Part shown: positions 1 to 8,524 of the stretch, one piece after another
Numbering within the stretch: position 1 is the first letter of the stretch
Layout: each line of letters opens with the position of its first letter
Origin: Candidatus Curtissbacteria bacterium RIFCSPLOWO2_02_41_11
GTDB taxonomy: Bacteria > Patescibacteriota > Microgenomatia > Curtissbacterales > GWA2-41-24
Assembly: GCA_001775055.1 (NCBI GenBank)
Contig: MFBU01000002.1
Location: 1 to 56,486, forward strand
DNA: 56,486 nucleotides
Direction: 5' to 3'
Translations under genes and position numbers: made by a program
Notes under the pieces: generated by a model
What the model saw: the letters and a program-made list of their open reading frames with translations, nothing else
Database searches by the model: none
What the model was told of the DNA's origin: nothing

Positions 1-18
1 ATAACAAGCGAAAGGCAC

Positions 19-61
19 TTTGTCAGCTTTTTGTCAGGCAAAAGTCGGCACAAAGTCAAGC
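19..61. promoter_or_regulatory. four direct repeats with 11-bp period (TGTCAG, TGTCAG, AGTCGG, AGTCAA), Pho-box-like candidate operator
   Basis: GTC cores start at 22, 33, 44 and 55; OmpR/PhoB family proteins bind 11-bp-periodic TGTCA repeats. Confidence 0.35.
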
Positions 62-92
62 AGAAAAGACCAACTACTTTAATAATAGTCGC

Positions 93-281
93 ATGGCAAG
101 ACGCGAGGGCCAACCGCCACCAATGGCGGGAGAATTGGGTTCCCAACACCAACCAACACTGGTAGAGCTAGGCAATGGAAGATTCAAGCGAGAAAGTCCA
201 GTTGGTGGCAGGTCAATCACCATCATTGATCTTCATGGTGAGCTTAAACCTCCCACTGCAGAAAATCCCGAACTAATCTAA
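93..281 (+). CDS. small hypothetical protein (62 aa)
   Basis: ORF with a -10-like TAATAAT just upstream of ATG; its stop overlaps the yebC stop convergently; no recognisable domain. Confidence 0.45.
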   Translation: MARREGQPPPMAGELGSQHQPTLVELGNGRFKRESPVGGRSITIIDLHGELKPPTAENPELI

Positions 282-1030
282 ACGCTTTTTAACAATTCAT
301 CCGGAATATCAAAATTACTCCAGACTTTGACAACGGCATCAAGCTCTTCTAATTTTTCCATTAGATTTAAAATCTTCTTGGCAGTTTCAGAATCGGCGAT
401 TGCAACAGTACTTGTCGGTTTTTTGGCAAGTTCGGCAGTCTCTACTTTTAGTCCCTTCTCAACAAGTGAGTTTTTAACAGATTCAAGCTCACTCGGTTTG
501 GTATAAACCAAAACGCTATTTTGCGCTTCCTCCAAATCTTCGGCGCCTGCCTCAACTGCCAAATCAAAAATTTCGTCAAAACTTTTGCCGTTTTTTAAAA
601 CCGTAACCACTCCTTCATCTGTAAACATCCAAGAAACCGCACCTGGTGAAGCAAAAGCACCACCTGAATGTTCAATTACTCCTTTAATTTCCGCTGTTGT
701 CCGATTGCGATTGTCAGTCACCGCCTGCACCAACAGCGCGACCTTTGCCGGCCCATATCCTTCATAGTTTACCGATTCGATTTGTGCGTCGGCCGTGCCT
801 TTGCCGAGTCCCCGCTCTATTGCCCTTTTTATATTTTCCTTGGGCATGTTGACCGAGCGGGCCTGCTCTATTGCCAGTCTTAACTTGAAGTTGGAAGCCG
901 GATCGCCACCTGCGCCTTCGCGTACTGCTATCGTTATCGCATTGGCCATTTTGGTAAAAGTTTGGCCGCGCTTGATATCCGCCGCCCCCTTTTGCCTTTT
1001 AATTTGCGACCACTTACTATGACCCGACAT
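278..1030 (-). CDS. yebC: YebC/PmpR (TACO1) family protein
   Basis: N-terminus MSGHSKWSQIKRQKG; motifs YEGYGP and TDNRNRT; 250 aa; SD AAGGAGG upstream. Confidence 0.97.
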   Translation of the reverse strand: MSGHSKWSQIKRQKGAADIKRGQTFTKMANAITIAVREGAGGDPASNFKLRLAIEQARSVNMPKENIKRAIERGLGKGTADAQIESVNYEGYGPAKVALLVQAVTDNRNRTTAEIKGVIEHSGGAFASPGAVSWMFTDEGVVTVLKNGKSFDEIFDLAVEAGAEDLEEAQNSVLVYTKPSELESVKNSLVEKGLKVETAELAKKPTSTVAIADSETAKKILNLMEKLEELDAVVKVWSNFDIPDELLKSV

Positions 1031-1136
1031 AAGAAATCCTCCTTGTGGTCGTAAATATCAGAGGAGCGCCGTTGGCACGACGGAGTGTGCCAAGGCGACC
1101 TGCTGATATTTGACTCCACTTCGAATGTCCCGACAT
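1017..1136 (-). CDS. putative 39-aa leader peptide starting with the same 10 residues as YebC (MSGHSKWSQI)
   Basis: ATG at 1136, 9 nt downstream of TGTTATAAT; its stop falls inside the first yebC codons in another frame. Confidence 0.55.
   Translation of the reverse strand: MSGHSKWSQISAGRLGTLRRANGAPLIFTTTRRISYVGS
1053..1111 (-). promoter_or_regulatory. long hairpin in the yebC leader
   Basis: AAATATCAG(1053-1061)/CTGATATTT(1103-1111), CGCC/GGCG, TTGGCAC(1072-1078)/GTGCCAA(1087-1093). Confidence 0.75.
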
Positions 1137-1285
1137 CTTGATCGGATTATAACATTCTGTTGAATAAAAATGGCAATAATTTTTTAAATATTTCTCTTTG
1201 AACACCATGAGTACTCAAATTGTCCAAAATTGTCGCAGAATTTTCACTTATTGACTGTTTTCACTGTTTATCTTAAGTTGATTTC

Positions 1286-1987
1286 ATGCCAAATATAATA
1301 GCGGATTGGCAAAATATCGCCAGTAAGGATGGTTTGAGTCAGTTGGCTATCAAAACAGCGCTTTGTGGCCAGTGGGATGATGCTGTCAAAATCAACAAAA
1401 AAATCCTCAAAATTGATACCACCGATATCAATGCTCTGAACCGGCTGGGCCATGCATATACTAGCCTTGGCCAAAAGACTAAAGCCAAAAAAATTTATAA
1501 GCAAATCCTTGGGATTGATCCTTATAATATAATTGCCCGAAAAAATATGGAGAAAGTTGCCAGGCAAAACGGCCAACCAAACGGCGGCAATGGTAATAGT
1601 CAAAAAGAAACAAATAATCCGTCCGCGGTCTTTCTTTACGAACCGGGCAAGACCAAAATTATTAACCTCTTAAATCTGGCACCGCCGGCAGTTTTATGCT
1701 CCCTAAATTGTGGCGACAAGATTTTATTTAACCCCAAAAAACACGCAATTTCTATTACTACTTCTGATGAAGTCTACTTAGGTGCCCTACCTGATGATTT
1801 AGCCCATAAGCTCTTAACTTTCATTGCCGGCGGCAACAAATACGAAGCATACATTAAATCTGTCGGTTCAAAAATACTAACAATATTTATTAGGGAAATC
1901 TTCCGCTCTGAAAAATTTTTAAATCAGCCCTCATTTAAGGACAAGCGCAACCCCTATTTGCAGGAGAAAGAACACGCCTGGGCTTAA
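1286..1987 (+). CDS. TPR-repeat protein
   Basis: TPR-like segments (ALNRLGHAYTSLGQ...ILGIDPYN) followed by a beta-rich C-terminal domain. Confidence 0.85.
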   Translation: MPNIIADWQNIASKDGLSQLAIKTALCGQWDDAVKINKKILKIDTTDINALNRLGHAYTSLGQKTKAKKIYKQILGIDPYNIIARKNMEKVARQNGQPNGGNGNSQKETNNPSAVFLYEPGKTKIINLLNLAPPAVLCSLNCGDKILFNPKKHAISITTSDEVYLGALPDDLAHKLLTFIAGGNKYEAYIKSVGSKILTIFIREIFRSEKFLNQPSFKDKRNPYLQEKEHAWA

Positions 1988-2003
1988 AAAGCATCAAGCT
2001 TTT

Positions 2004-2375
2004 TCAAACCTCATCTCTGCGAGTCATATCTTTAAGAGAGATTTCGCCCCTTAAATTTTGGGGTGGTGTAGTGTCATCTTGACTTGAAGAAGGCAAATTC
2101 TGACCAGTATCAACTGAGTCCCGCTGCTCCCAGAAAAAAGGTTCGTTTGCCGCGGTTTTTAAATGTTCTTTTTCCTCGCCTGAAGTCTGATTTGAATCGG
2201 CTTTTGGCTGTTTTGAAATTTTTAAACCTGCAGATGAAAACTGACTGTTCATTAACTGTGGCGTATCAGCACTCTGAGGTTGGGGGACATTCCCCTTTTG
2301 CTCACGCGCCAGAGATATAAAAGCGATGATAAACGAAACAACCAATATTAATATACCTAAGGCAAAAAAAATCAC
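2004..2375 (-). CDS. hypothetical membrane-anchored protein
   Basis: N-terminal hydrophobic helix, polar low-complexity tail; abuts the upstream gene. Confidence 0.75.
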   Translation of the reverse strand: MIFFALGILILVVSFIIAFISLAREQKGNVPQPQSADTPQLMNSQFSSAGLKISKQPKADSNQTSGEEKEHLKTAANEPFFWEQRDSVDTGQNLPSSSQDDTTPPQNLRGEISLKDMTRRDEV

Positions 2376-3365
2376 TTAAAAATATTTGGAGGCAAAATCG
2401 TTTCCGATAACTAAGCTAACCTCCTCGTCACTACTGGACGAGCTTTTTATATCACATTTAAAAATATTTGCCAAATAACGCACAGTGTATTTATTTTTGG
2501 CAGAAGTTTGAATAAAAGTTTGGTCAACAAGATTTGGGGCTGTCTCAATCTTAACTATATTAACACCCACGCTGGCTGCAAAATCGGCGGCCAGTTGCCC
2601 GACTCCGGCAATGCCGGAAGCATTGATAACTTTTATTTTTAAATTTTCTTTTGTAACATTTTCATTTTCCAAATATTGGGATATGACTTTGTGTAAAACA
2701 AGATTATCTACTCCCAGTACTTTTTGATCATTTTTATAAACAACATCCTCCTGATATTGCGAAAGATCAATCAATTCTAACTGATTTACACGAACATTTT
2801 TCAGCTGCCACCACAACCTTAATTGATCAATGCGGGTAATATTTGTGTCCTTAATATCATCCCCGATTCTCCCTGTTAAAGTCATAAAAGGTGCCGCCAG
2901 TGACGAATAATTTTTAAACCATTTGGTAACCTCTTCTTTATTAATTTTCTGATCATTTTTAAAGATAACATAATTTTCAATATCGGCCCGAAAAGCAAGA
3001 CTTAGTAAACGAGTAAGACCCCCTCCATAACTTTTATTTATAAGTGAAGAAATTGTTGCGATCGGTTCATTGGGATTACCAGTTGCCAAATAGGTCTTTT
3101 CGTCAATTGTTAGAAAAACCAATCTTTTTGGATCTCCCTGAAGAATCAAAACAGCAAGTGGTGTTGTCGAGAGTACAGCCACAAAAGATGAATTGCTATT
3201 CCAGTTAGAGGTACCTAAATATTTGTTAATGGAGAAAGTTTTAACTAGACCGTTAAAACTTGCCAAAACCAAAATCAAAACAATTAAGAATGCCGACAAA
3301 TTCTTCCATTTTGCCTGAACCTGACGCCTTCTCCATGCTGATCTTCGGGCAGGATAGTCTGTCAT
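2376..3365 (-). CDS. LytR C-terminal domain-containing membrane protein (divergent LCP-like)
   Basis: N-terminal TM; C-terminal IKVINASGIAGVG...VSLVIGNDF matches the LytR_C pattern. Confidence 0.75.
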   Translation of the reverse strand: MTDYPARRSAWRRRQVQAKWKNLSAFLIVLILVLASFNGLVKTFSINKYLGTSNWNSNSSFVAVLSTTPLAVLILQGDPKRLVFLTIDEKTYLATGNPNEPIATISSLINKSYGGGLTRLLSLAFRADIENYVIFKNDQKINKEEVTKWFKNYSSLAAPFMTLTGRIGDDIKDTNITRIDQLRLWWQLKNVRVNQLELIDLSQYQEDVVYKNDQKVLGVDNLVLHKVISQYLENENVTKENLKIKVINASGIAGVGQLAADFAASVGVNIVKIETAPNLVDQTFIQTSAKNKYTVRYLANIFKCDIKSSSSSDEEVSLVIGNDFASKYF

Positions 3366-3420
3366 TTTTAAATATCTGGACTTAACCTGCCTATCTGCCG
3401 TCCCCTTACACTCTAGTTAA

Positions 3421-3558
3421 CTAATGTTTACCCTTTTTACCGAGGATTTCGACTTTAGGAACTGTTTGAATCCTGATAATTTTAGCAGCCTTTTTTTCTA
3501 AAACTTCTTTTTTGGACTTTCGTCTGTCCCCTTTGTAGAATCCACCAAATATACCCAT
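3421..3558 (-). CDS. small basic protein, 45 aa (not in the ORF track)
   Basis: MGIFGGFYKGDRRKSKKEVLEKKAAKIIRIQTVPKVEILGKKGKH; SD GAGGTG upstream of ATG. Confidence 0.7.
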   Translation of the reverse strand: MGIFGGFYKGDRRKSKKEVLEKKAAKIIRIQTVPKVEILGKKGKH

Positions 3559-3625
3559 CGCCAATTCACCTCATCTTAATCTAATTTTAATCAATCAGTA
3601 AGCTGCTTCGCAAGTAAAAAATAGA

Positions 3626-3710
3626 TTCCCACGGCCTAAAGTCCGGGTTCTCTCTTCCTCGTTCAAGATTCGCTTCATCTCCTGCATGAATGCCGACGTT
3701 TTTTCGCTCG
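3626..3710. mobile_element. possible decayed IS200/IS605-type end remnants
   Basis: TTCCCACGGCCTAAAGTCCGGG and GCTTCATCTCCTGCATGAATGCCGACGTTTT resemble the imperfect subterminal hairpins of this family; no transposase present. Confidence 0.3.
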
Positions 3711-3721
3711 GAATAAAGAAG

Positions 3722-5443
3722 CTAAAATATGCGATGAGCAAGAAGTTCTTCAAAATGTTTGCTCTTGGCCTTCTTTATTGCCTTTAAGTTATCCCAATGG
3801 TCCGACAGAATTCTGGCAACATGTTTGCCGCCAATCTCCTCAGGCACTACCACATAATCAGCACCCACCTCATAAAGCTTAATGGCATCATGAAGCCAGT
3901 AAGTAGCGCAGATTACTGGCCCCGCATATCCGTTTTCTTTAGCAAACTTAATAAGATTGATATTGTCTACTAAATCGGGGACAGTAGTTACAATTAACTT
4001 AGCCTCGCTTAATTTTAACTGTTCCAAAACCTCCGGGTCGGAAATATCGCCAAAAATAACATTAACATTACCAGCAATCAGGCTTTCGACGATAGCCGGG
4101 TTAAAATCAACTACAATCAGAGTCTGGTCAGTCTCTTTGATCTTAATCCTCAAAAAATCAAGAATATCACTACCCATTTGTTCGGCCCCAACTAAAATAA
4201 TATGATTTTGCAAATCTTTTTTTGCTATTGCGGTGGTAACTGTTTTTCTTTTTTCAATAATCTTTACTTTGCTGCCAAGTAACCTGTAAATCCTTGATCC
4301 GTTGATAACTAGATATGAAGAAACTGCAATTGTGAAAATTGCCACTGATGAAATAAAAGAAACAACTTCCGAATTAACATGACCAAGTCTTGCTCCGACA
4401 ACCACAATAATTAAAGAAAATTCAGAAACCTGGGCCAGTGCCAGTCCCGACAAAAATGCCACCCGTTTGCCAAAACCAAGCCAACCGAGATAATTGGCAA
4501 TCACTATCGGAGTCACCATAATCACAAACAGCGAAAAAACAAGAATTTCCCAAAACATATTTTTTACAGCTGCAAAATCAATAGAAAGACCCAAAACAAT
4601 AAAGAAAATTATAATGAAAAAATCTCGAATAGGGGCAATGCGCGCAGAGATAGAATAACGGTAAGGCAAATTAGCCAAAGCCACTCCCGACAAAAAAGCA
4701 CCGATTTCAAAAGAAAACCCTAAAAATTTAAAGATGCTGGAAACTCCCAGTGCCCAAGCCATCGTGCATAAAAACAAAAGCTCTAAATTTGAAGCAACGT
4801 AGGCAAAAATCCGCTTTAGGGCATATTTTGAACCAAGCCACAAAGCACCTATTAAAAATGCACCCTTTATAAAAGTGAATATCAGGCCGCGCCATTCAAA
4901 AGGCTGACCGCGAGGACCAATACCTGCAAGAAACATCAAAATAACCACGGCAAACAAATCCTGCAGCAACAAAATGCCAATAGTTAATTTGCCGTAGAGA
5001 GAATTGGTATCTTTTTGTTCGCCAAGGAGTTTAACGACAATCACCGTGGAGGAAAAAATAATAGCCAGAGCAATATAAAAAGAGGCCAGCAGTGTAAATT
5101 TAAATAGTAGCGCAAGAATGAAAGTAGATAAACCAATAACAAGCGCGTGAAATAAGGTCGCCATAAAAACCGGTTTGCCAATATTCTTAAGATCACTAAG
5201 TGAAAGTTCAATACCAACCATAAAAAGAATAAGGGCAATACCGATTTGAGAAAAAAAGCCGAAGGTTTCAGTAGGTGTCGGAATTGCTACAAAATTAGAA
5301 GATAGAAAGCCGATAACCGCTCCCGAAAGAATGTAAGCTAAAATCAATGGTTGGGAAAAGAGCGATGAGACGATACCAATGCCGGCGGCAATGATTAAAA
5401 TAGTTGCCAGAACAAAATAGATTCTTTCGCCAAAATCAGCCAT
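3722..5443 (-). CDS. CPA2 cation:proton antiporter with TrkA-N domain (KefB/KefC-like)
   Basis: many TM helices; FSSTVIVVK, LLLQD and QVSEFS motifs; C-terminal HIILVG..VIFGD Rossmann fold. Confidence 0.93.
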   Translation of the reverse strand: MADFGERIYFVLATILIIAAGIGIVSSLFSQPLILAYILSGAVIGFLSSNFVAIPTPTETFGFFSQIGIALILFMVGIELSLSDLKNIGKPVFMATLFHALVIGLSTFILALLFKFTLLASFYIALAIIFSSTVIVVKLLGEQKDTNSLYGKLTIGILLLQDLFAVVILMFLAGIGPRGQPFEWRGLIFTFIKGAFLIGALWLGSKYALKRIFAYVASNLELLFLCTMAWALGVSSIFKFLGFSFEIGAFLSGVALANLPYRYSISARIAPIRDFFIIIFFIVLGLSIDFAAVKNMFWEILVFSLFVIMVTPIVIANYLGWLGFGKRVAFLSGLALAQVSEFSLIIVVVGARLGHVNSEVVSFISSVAIFTIAVSSYLVINGSRIYRLLGSKVKIIEKRKTVTTAIAKKDLQNHIILVGAEQMGSDILDFLRIKIKETDQTLIVVDFNPAIVESLIAGNVNVIFGDISDPEVLEQLKLSEAKLIVTTVPDLVDNINLIKFAKENGYAGPVICATYWLHDAIKLYEVGADYVVVPEEIGGKHVARILSDHWDNLKAIKKAKSKHFEELLAHRIF

Positions 5444-6239
5444 TGGGCAGTCTCTCTAAAAAATCGCAAGCTTTTACTAAATCATAAGGCAAAGAAACTT
5501 CAAAAACAACACTTTTGGCAAACCTTATTCTTGCCTCTGGCAGCATTTTAAATTCAATACGCCCTGCATGCAAAAACAGCCGAGGACACCAGATAAGATC
5601 AAATTTTAAAAGTTTTTTTGGGCAGTAGATTAAATCAGAAACTACCGGATGGCCGATACTTTTAAGATGAACTCTTACCTGATGAGTCCGACCAGTTTTG
5701 GGATATAGATGAAGTAAAGTGTATTCTTTAGCATGATGATTCAAATAATTAATCCTAGATTTAGTCAATCTTTGTTGATGTATCGATAGATCAAAACGAT
5801 CCGGTTTAAACAAATAGTGTTTTAAAACCTTAAAATCAGTTTCCGATCTCCGACCTTCATCAACCACACCAAATTTACCGAATTTGCCAATCCGACCAAT
5901 AGCACCGGCTATGGATCCTGATTCTTTCCCGACATGACCATGAACTAAGGTAGTATATTCTTTTTTAACAGACCTGTCTTTAAACTGACTCTGAAGAATT
6001 TCAAAGGCTCTTTGGGTTTTAGCAACAACCAAAACACCCGAAGTTTCCCGATCAAGCCTGTGAACAATCCCTGCTCTATCGCCTATTCCCAAATTGTTAC
6101 CAAGTTTAAAATACTCTGATAGTTGATCTTGAAGTGTCGCCTCGCCAACTGTCGCCGACCGATTAACCACTAGACCCGCCAGTTTATCAATAACCAAAAT
6201 CCTTTTATCTTCAAAAATGATTTTTAATTTGCCAACCAT
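5436..6239 (-). CDS. RluA/RluD family pseudouridine synthase
   Basis: VHRLDRETSG, TGRTHQVRVH and LFLHA motifs; no S4 domain. Confidence 0.95.
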   Translation of the reverse strand: MVGKLKIIFEDKRILVIDKLAGLVVNRSATVGEATLQDQLSEYFKLGNNLGIGDRAGIVHRLDRETSGVLVVAKTQRAFEILQSQFKDRSVKKEYTTLVHGHVGKESGSIAGAIGRIGKFGKFGVVDEGRRSETDFKVLKHYLFKPDRFDLSIHQQRLTKSRINYLNHHAKEYTLLHLYPKTGRTHQVRVHLKSIGHPVVSDLIYCPKKLLKFDLIWCPRLFLHAGRIEFKMLPEARIRFAKSVVFEVSLPYDLVKACDFLERLPNG

Positions 6240-6637
6240 TTATAACCTCTCAAAACCTCAAATAGAATCAGTAGAACCCCAAAAGTAATTGCCGCATCTG
6301 CTAAGTTAAAACTTGGCCAAAATCCCACACTGATAAAATCTCTAACGCAACCAACCGTTAACCTGTCAATCAAATTGGCAATTCCCCCACCAATAACCAA
6401 AGACAAACTGAAGCTTAAAAAGTTTTGCTTTTTTTTGAAAAGAAAATAGCCAACCAAAACTAAAACAAAAAGCAAAATCGGCCATGATGCTTCACCCAGC
6501 CCAAACGCAAAACCGAAATTACAAGAAACCTCTAAATATTTTTGAACAAATTCTTTAGAAATCTGATCAAGAATAATTATTAGGAGAATTATTGACGAGG
6601 AAAGAATTAATTTTTTAATAAATTTATCACCTGTCAC
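6224..6637 (-). CDS. lspA: signal peptidase II
   Basis: LDQISK, NFGFAFG, NLIDR, VRDF and FNLAD motifs. Confidence 0.9.
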   Translation of the reverse strand: MTGDKFIKKLILSSSIILLIIILDQISKEFVQKYLEVSCNFGFAFGLGEASWPILLFVLVLVGYFLFKKKQNFLSFSLSLVIGGGIANLIDRLTVGCVRDFISVGFWPSFNLADAAITFGVLLILFEVLRGYKWLAN

Positions 6638-6654
6638 TTGTCAATTGTCAATTC
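6627..6654. repeat. 7-mer tandem repeat
   Basis: TCACCTG TCACTTG TCAATTG TCAATTC. Confidence 0.7.
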
Positions 6655-7006
6655 ACCCTTTTTTTGTCTCAATTTCCTTCAAGCATTTTACGCAATAAAT
6701 AGCCTGAGGTTTAACTTGAAGTCTTGCCAAATCAATTTTTTTGCCGCAGCGCTCACAAATCCCGTAAGTCTTTTTCTTCATTTTCAAAAGAGCCGCCTCA
6801 ATCTCCTTAAGTTCGCGCTTCAGCTGATTTTCCAAAACTACTGCCTGTTCATGACCGTAAAGCTGGGCGGCATCTGTCCCTGGCTCAACAATAAGTGCCC
6901 GATCCGTCGTCGAAAAAGGATCATCTTTGCGAAGACGCTTTATTCTTGCAATAATTACTTCTCTTTGCTTTTCAATTTTAGACTTTACAATTTTAAAATT
7001 AATCAT
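6653..7006 (-). CDS. TraR/DksA C4 zinc-finger protein
   Basis: coiled coil followed by YGICERCG...RL...P.AIYCVKC. Confidence 0.92.
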   Translation of the reverse strand: MINFKIVKSKIEKQREVIIARIKRLRKDDPFSTTDRALIVEPGTDAAQLYGHEQAVVLENQLKRELKEIEAALLKMKKKTYGICERCGKKIDLARLQVKPQAIYCVKCLKEIETKKG

Positions 7007-7024
7007 TTTGTCATTTTTATTTTT

Positions 7025-7903
7025 TTATTTTTTACCTCTGATGACTGTCACCAAATCTACAAATGAAAAGGCAATTTCACGGCCTATTAATTTTACCAAA
7101 ATTAAGATCAAGTTTGCCAAGTAGTAAGGAAAAAGCAAAATCGATCTTGCGACGTTATCTGCTTCCATAATTGATGTAAAAGTCCTTCTTAATTTTAAAA
7201 CCCCCAGTAAAAACAGGGCAAAAAACATCTTTAAATCCTGCCAAGGTCTCCTTTTGGCAAGTAGATACCAAGAAACAATCCCAAAAACCAGAAAAACACT
7301 GGGGATTGCCAATTCGTATAAAAAAAGCCTCGTAATTACCGGATTCCCTTTTAAAACTACAAACAGGACATTTAAAAGCGAAACCGAAACCAGTAAAAAA
7401 CAGGCAAAAAAACCATGATGTCTTTTTTGACGCGCAAGGTTCTTCATAAACCAAAAAATAACCAAATAGCCTAAAAATTTGTATAAACTGAGGCTAAATA
7501 TATTCTTTGATAACAAACCAACTACATAAAAACCAATTGAGCATAAAGCTACTCCAAAAACAATTGGTGCAGAAGCTAAATCGAAAATTTGCCAGAAATT
7601 AATTTTTTGCGATTTTAAATAAATCTGTCCTGAGACTATTGCCCCAAAAAGTGCGCCCCACCAGTTAAAAGAGCCATAGATATTAAAAAAAATAAGACGT
7701 GTTATCGACCATTGATAAATGTTGGCAGAAAGCAAAAAGTCAAAAATTCTGCCAAATATCAAGCCACCCACAAAAGCTATTGTCAACAAATCAAATAATA
7801 TATTTGATTCAAAAAGTTCGTGCCTGCCGGCTCGCCAGTAAAGAAAAACTCCCACAAATATACCTAGAGTAATTATCAGCGGATGAAGATATGGTAAAAG
7901 CAT
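7025..7903 (-). CDS. lgt: Lgt-like prolipoprotein diacylglyceryl transferase (divergent)
   Basis: GGLIFGRI and FDL..APIV pattern; multi-TM; adjacent to lspA; catalytic motifs look degenerate. Confidence 0.65.
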   Translation of the reverse strand: MLLPYLHPLIITLGIFVGVFLYWRAGRHELFESNILFDLLTIAFVGGLIFGRIFDFLLSANIYQWSITRLIFFNIYGSFNWWGALFGAIVSGQIYLKSQKINFWQIFDLASAPIVFGVALCSIGFYVVGLLSKNIFSLSLYKFLGYLVIFWFMKNLARQKRHHGFFACFLLVSVSLLNVLFVVLKGNPVITRLFLYELAIPSVFLVFGIVSWYLLAKRRPWQDLKMFFALFLLGVLKLRRTFTSIMEADNVARSILLFPYYLANLILILVKLIGREIAFSFVDLVTVIRGKK

Positions 7904-7979
7904 GTTTTAACTTTGCCAATTATAACAAGAGGCTAAAATTCTTGCTTAGAGACAAAATGTGTGCTAAGATAATTTGTAC

Positions 7980-8002
7980 AAACCAGAGCTTTCTGGTTTT
8001 TT
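7980..8002 (+). promoter_or_regulatory. 8-bp inverted repeat with T-tract directly before the ATG at 8005
   Basis: AAACCAGA-GCTT-TCTGGTTT followed by Ts, downstream of TGCTAAGAT. Confidence 0.4.
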
Positions 8003-8004
8003 AG

Positions 8005-8490
8005 ATGACTGCAACAGCACACGCTTTAATTGGCGCTTCAATCGCCGTCAAAGTCGTAAATCCCATACTCGGCATCCCCTTGGCTATCATTTCGCATTTT
8101 GTTGCTGATCTGATTCCTCACTGGGATGCTGGTACTAATCACCGTCAAAAATCGCTCATGCGACTGCGAGTTGAGGCTGCCCTTGATGTTCTTCTTGGTT
8201 TCGCCCTAGTTTACTTAATTTTTCGAAATCTAGTTGATCCTCGCTACCTTTTTGTAATGGTTATTGCCGCCCAACTCCCCGATTGGCTAGAAGCACCCTC
8301 TTTTATGTTTAATATCAACGTTCCGCCCTTCTCTTGGCTTGATTGGCTTGGCCACAAAATCCAATCGCGCCTGGCACTGCCTTGGGGGTTAGTTACTCAA
8401 ATCGTCGTCGTCGGATTATTGCTAGTAGCTACAGTCAGCTTTGCCCCAGTTGATAATCTTTTAGCAAGCCTCATCTTCGCCACCAATTAA
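8005..8490 (+). CDS. membrane protein, putative metal-binding hydrolase
   Basis: TAHALIG, SHFVADLIPHWD and LPD His/Asp motifs within TM helices. Confidence 0.75.
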   Translation: MTATAHALIGASIAVKVVNPILGIPLAIISHFVADLIPHWDAGTNHRQKSLMRLRVEAALDVLLGFALVYLIFRNLVDPRYLFVMVIAAQLPDWLEAPSFMFNINVPPFSWLDWLGHKIQSRLALPWGLVTQIVVVGLLLVATVSFAPVDNLLASLIFATN

Positions 8491-8524
8491 AAGGTCTGAC
8501 CCTAAAACGGCTTATTGGAACAAT

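Noticed and set aside
1137-1208. Longer 63-aa version of the yebC leader ORF
   Set aside because: Spans the -10 box; the ATG at 1136 is the better start
5514-5543. Possible in-frame palindrome in rluA (LPEARIRFAK)
   Set aside because: Symmetry too weak to support without an alignment
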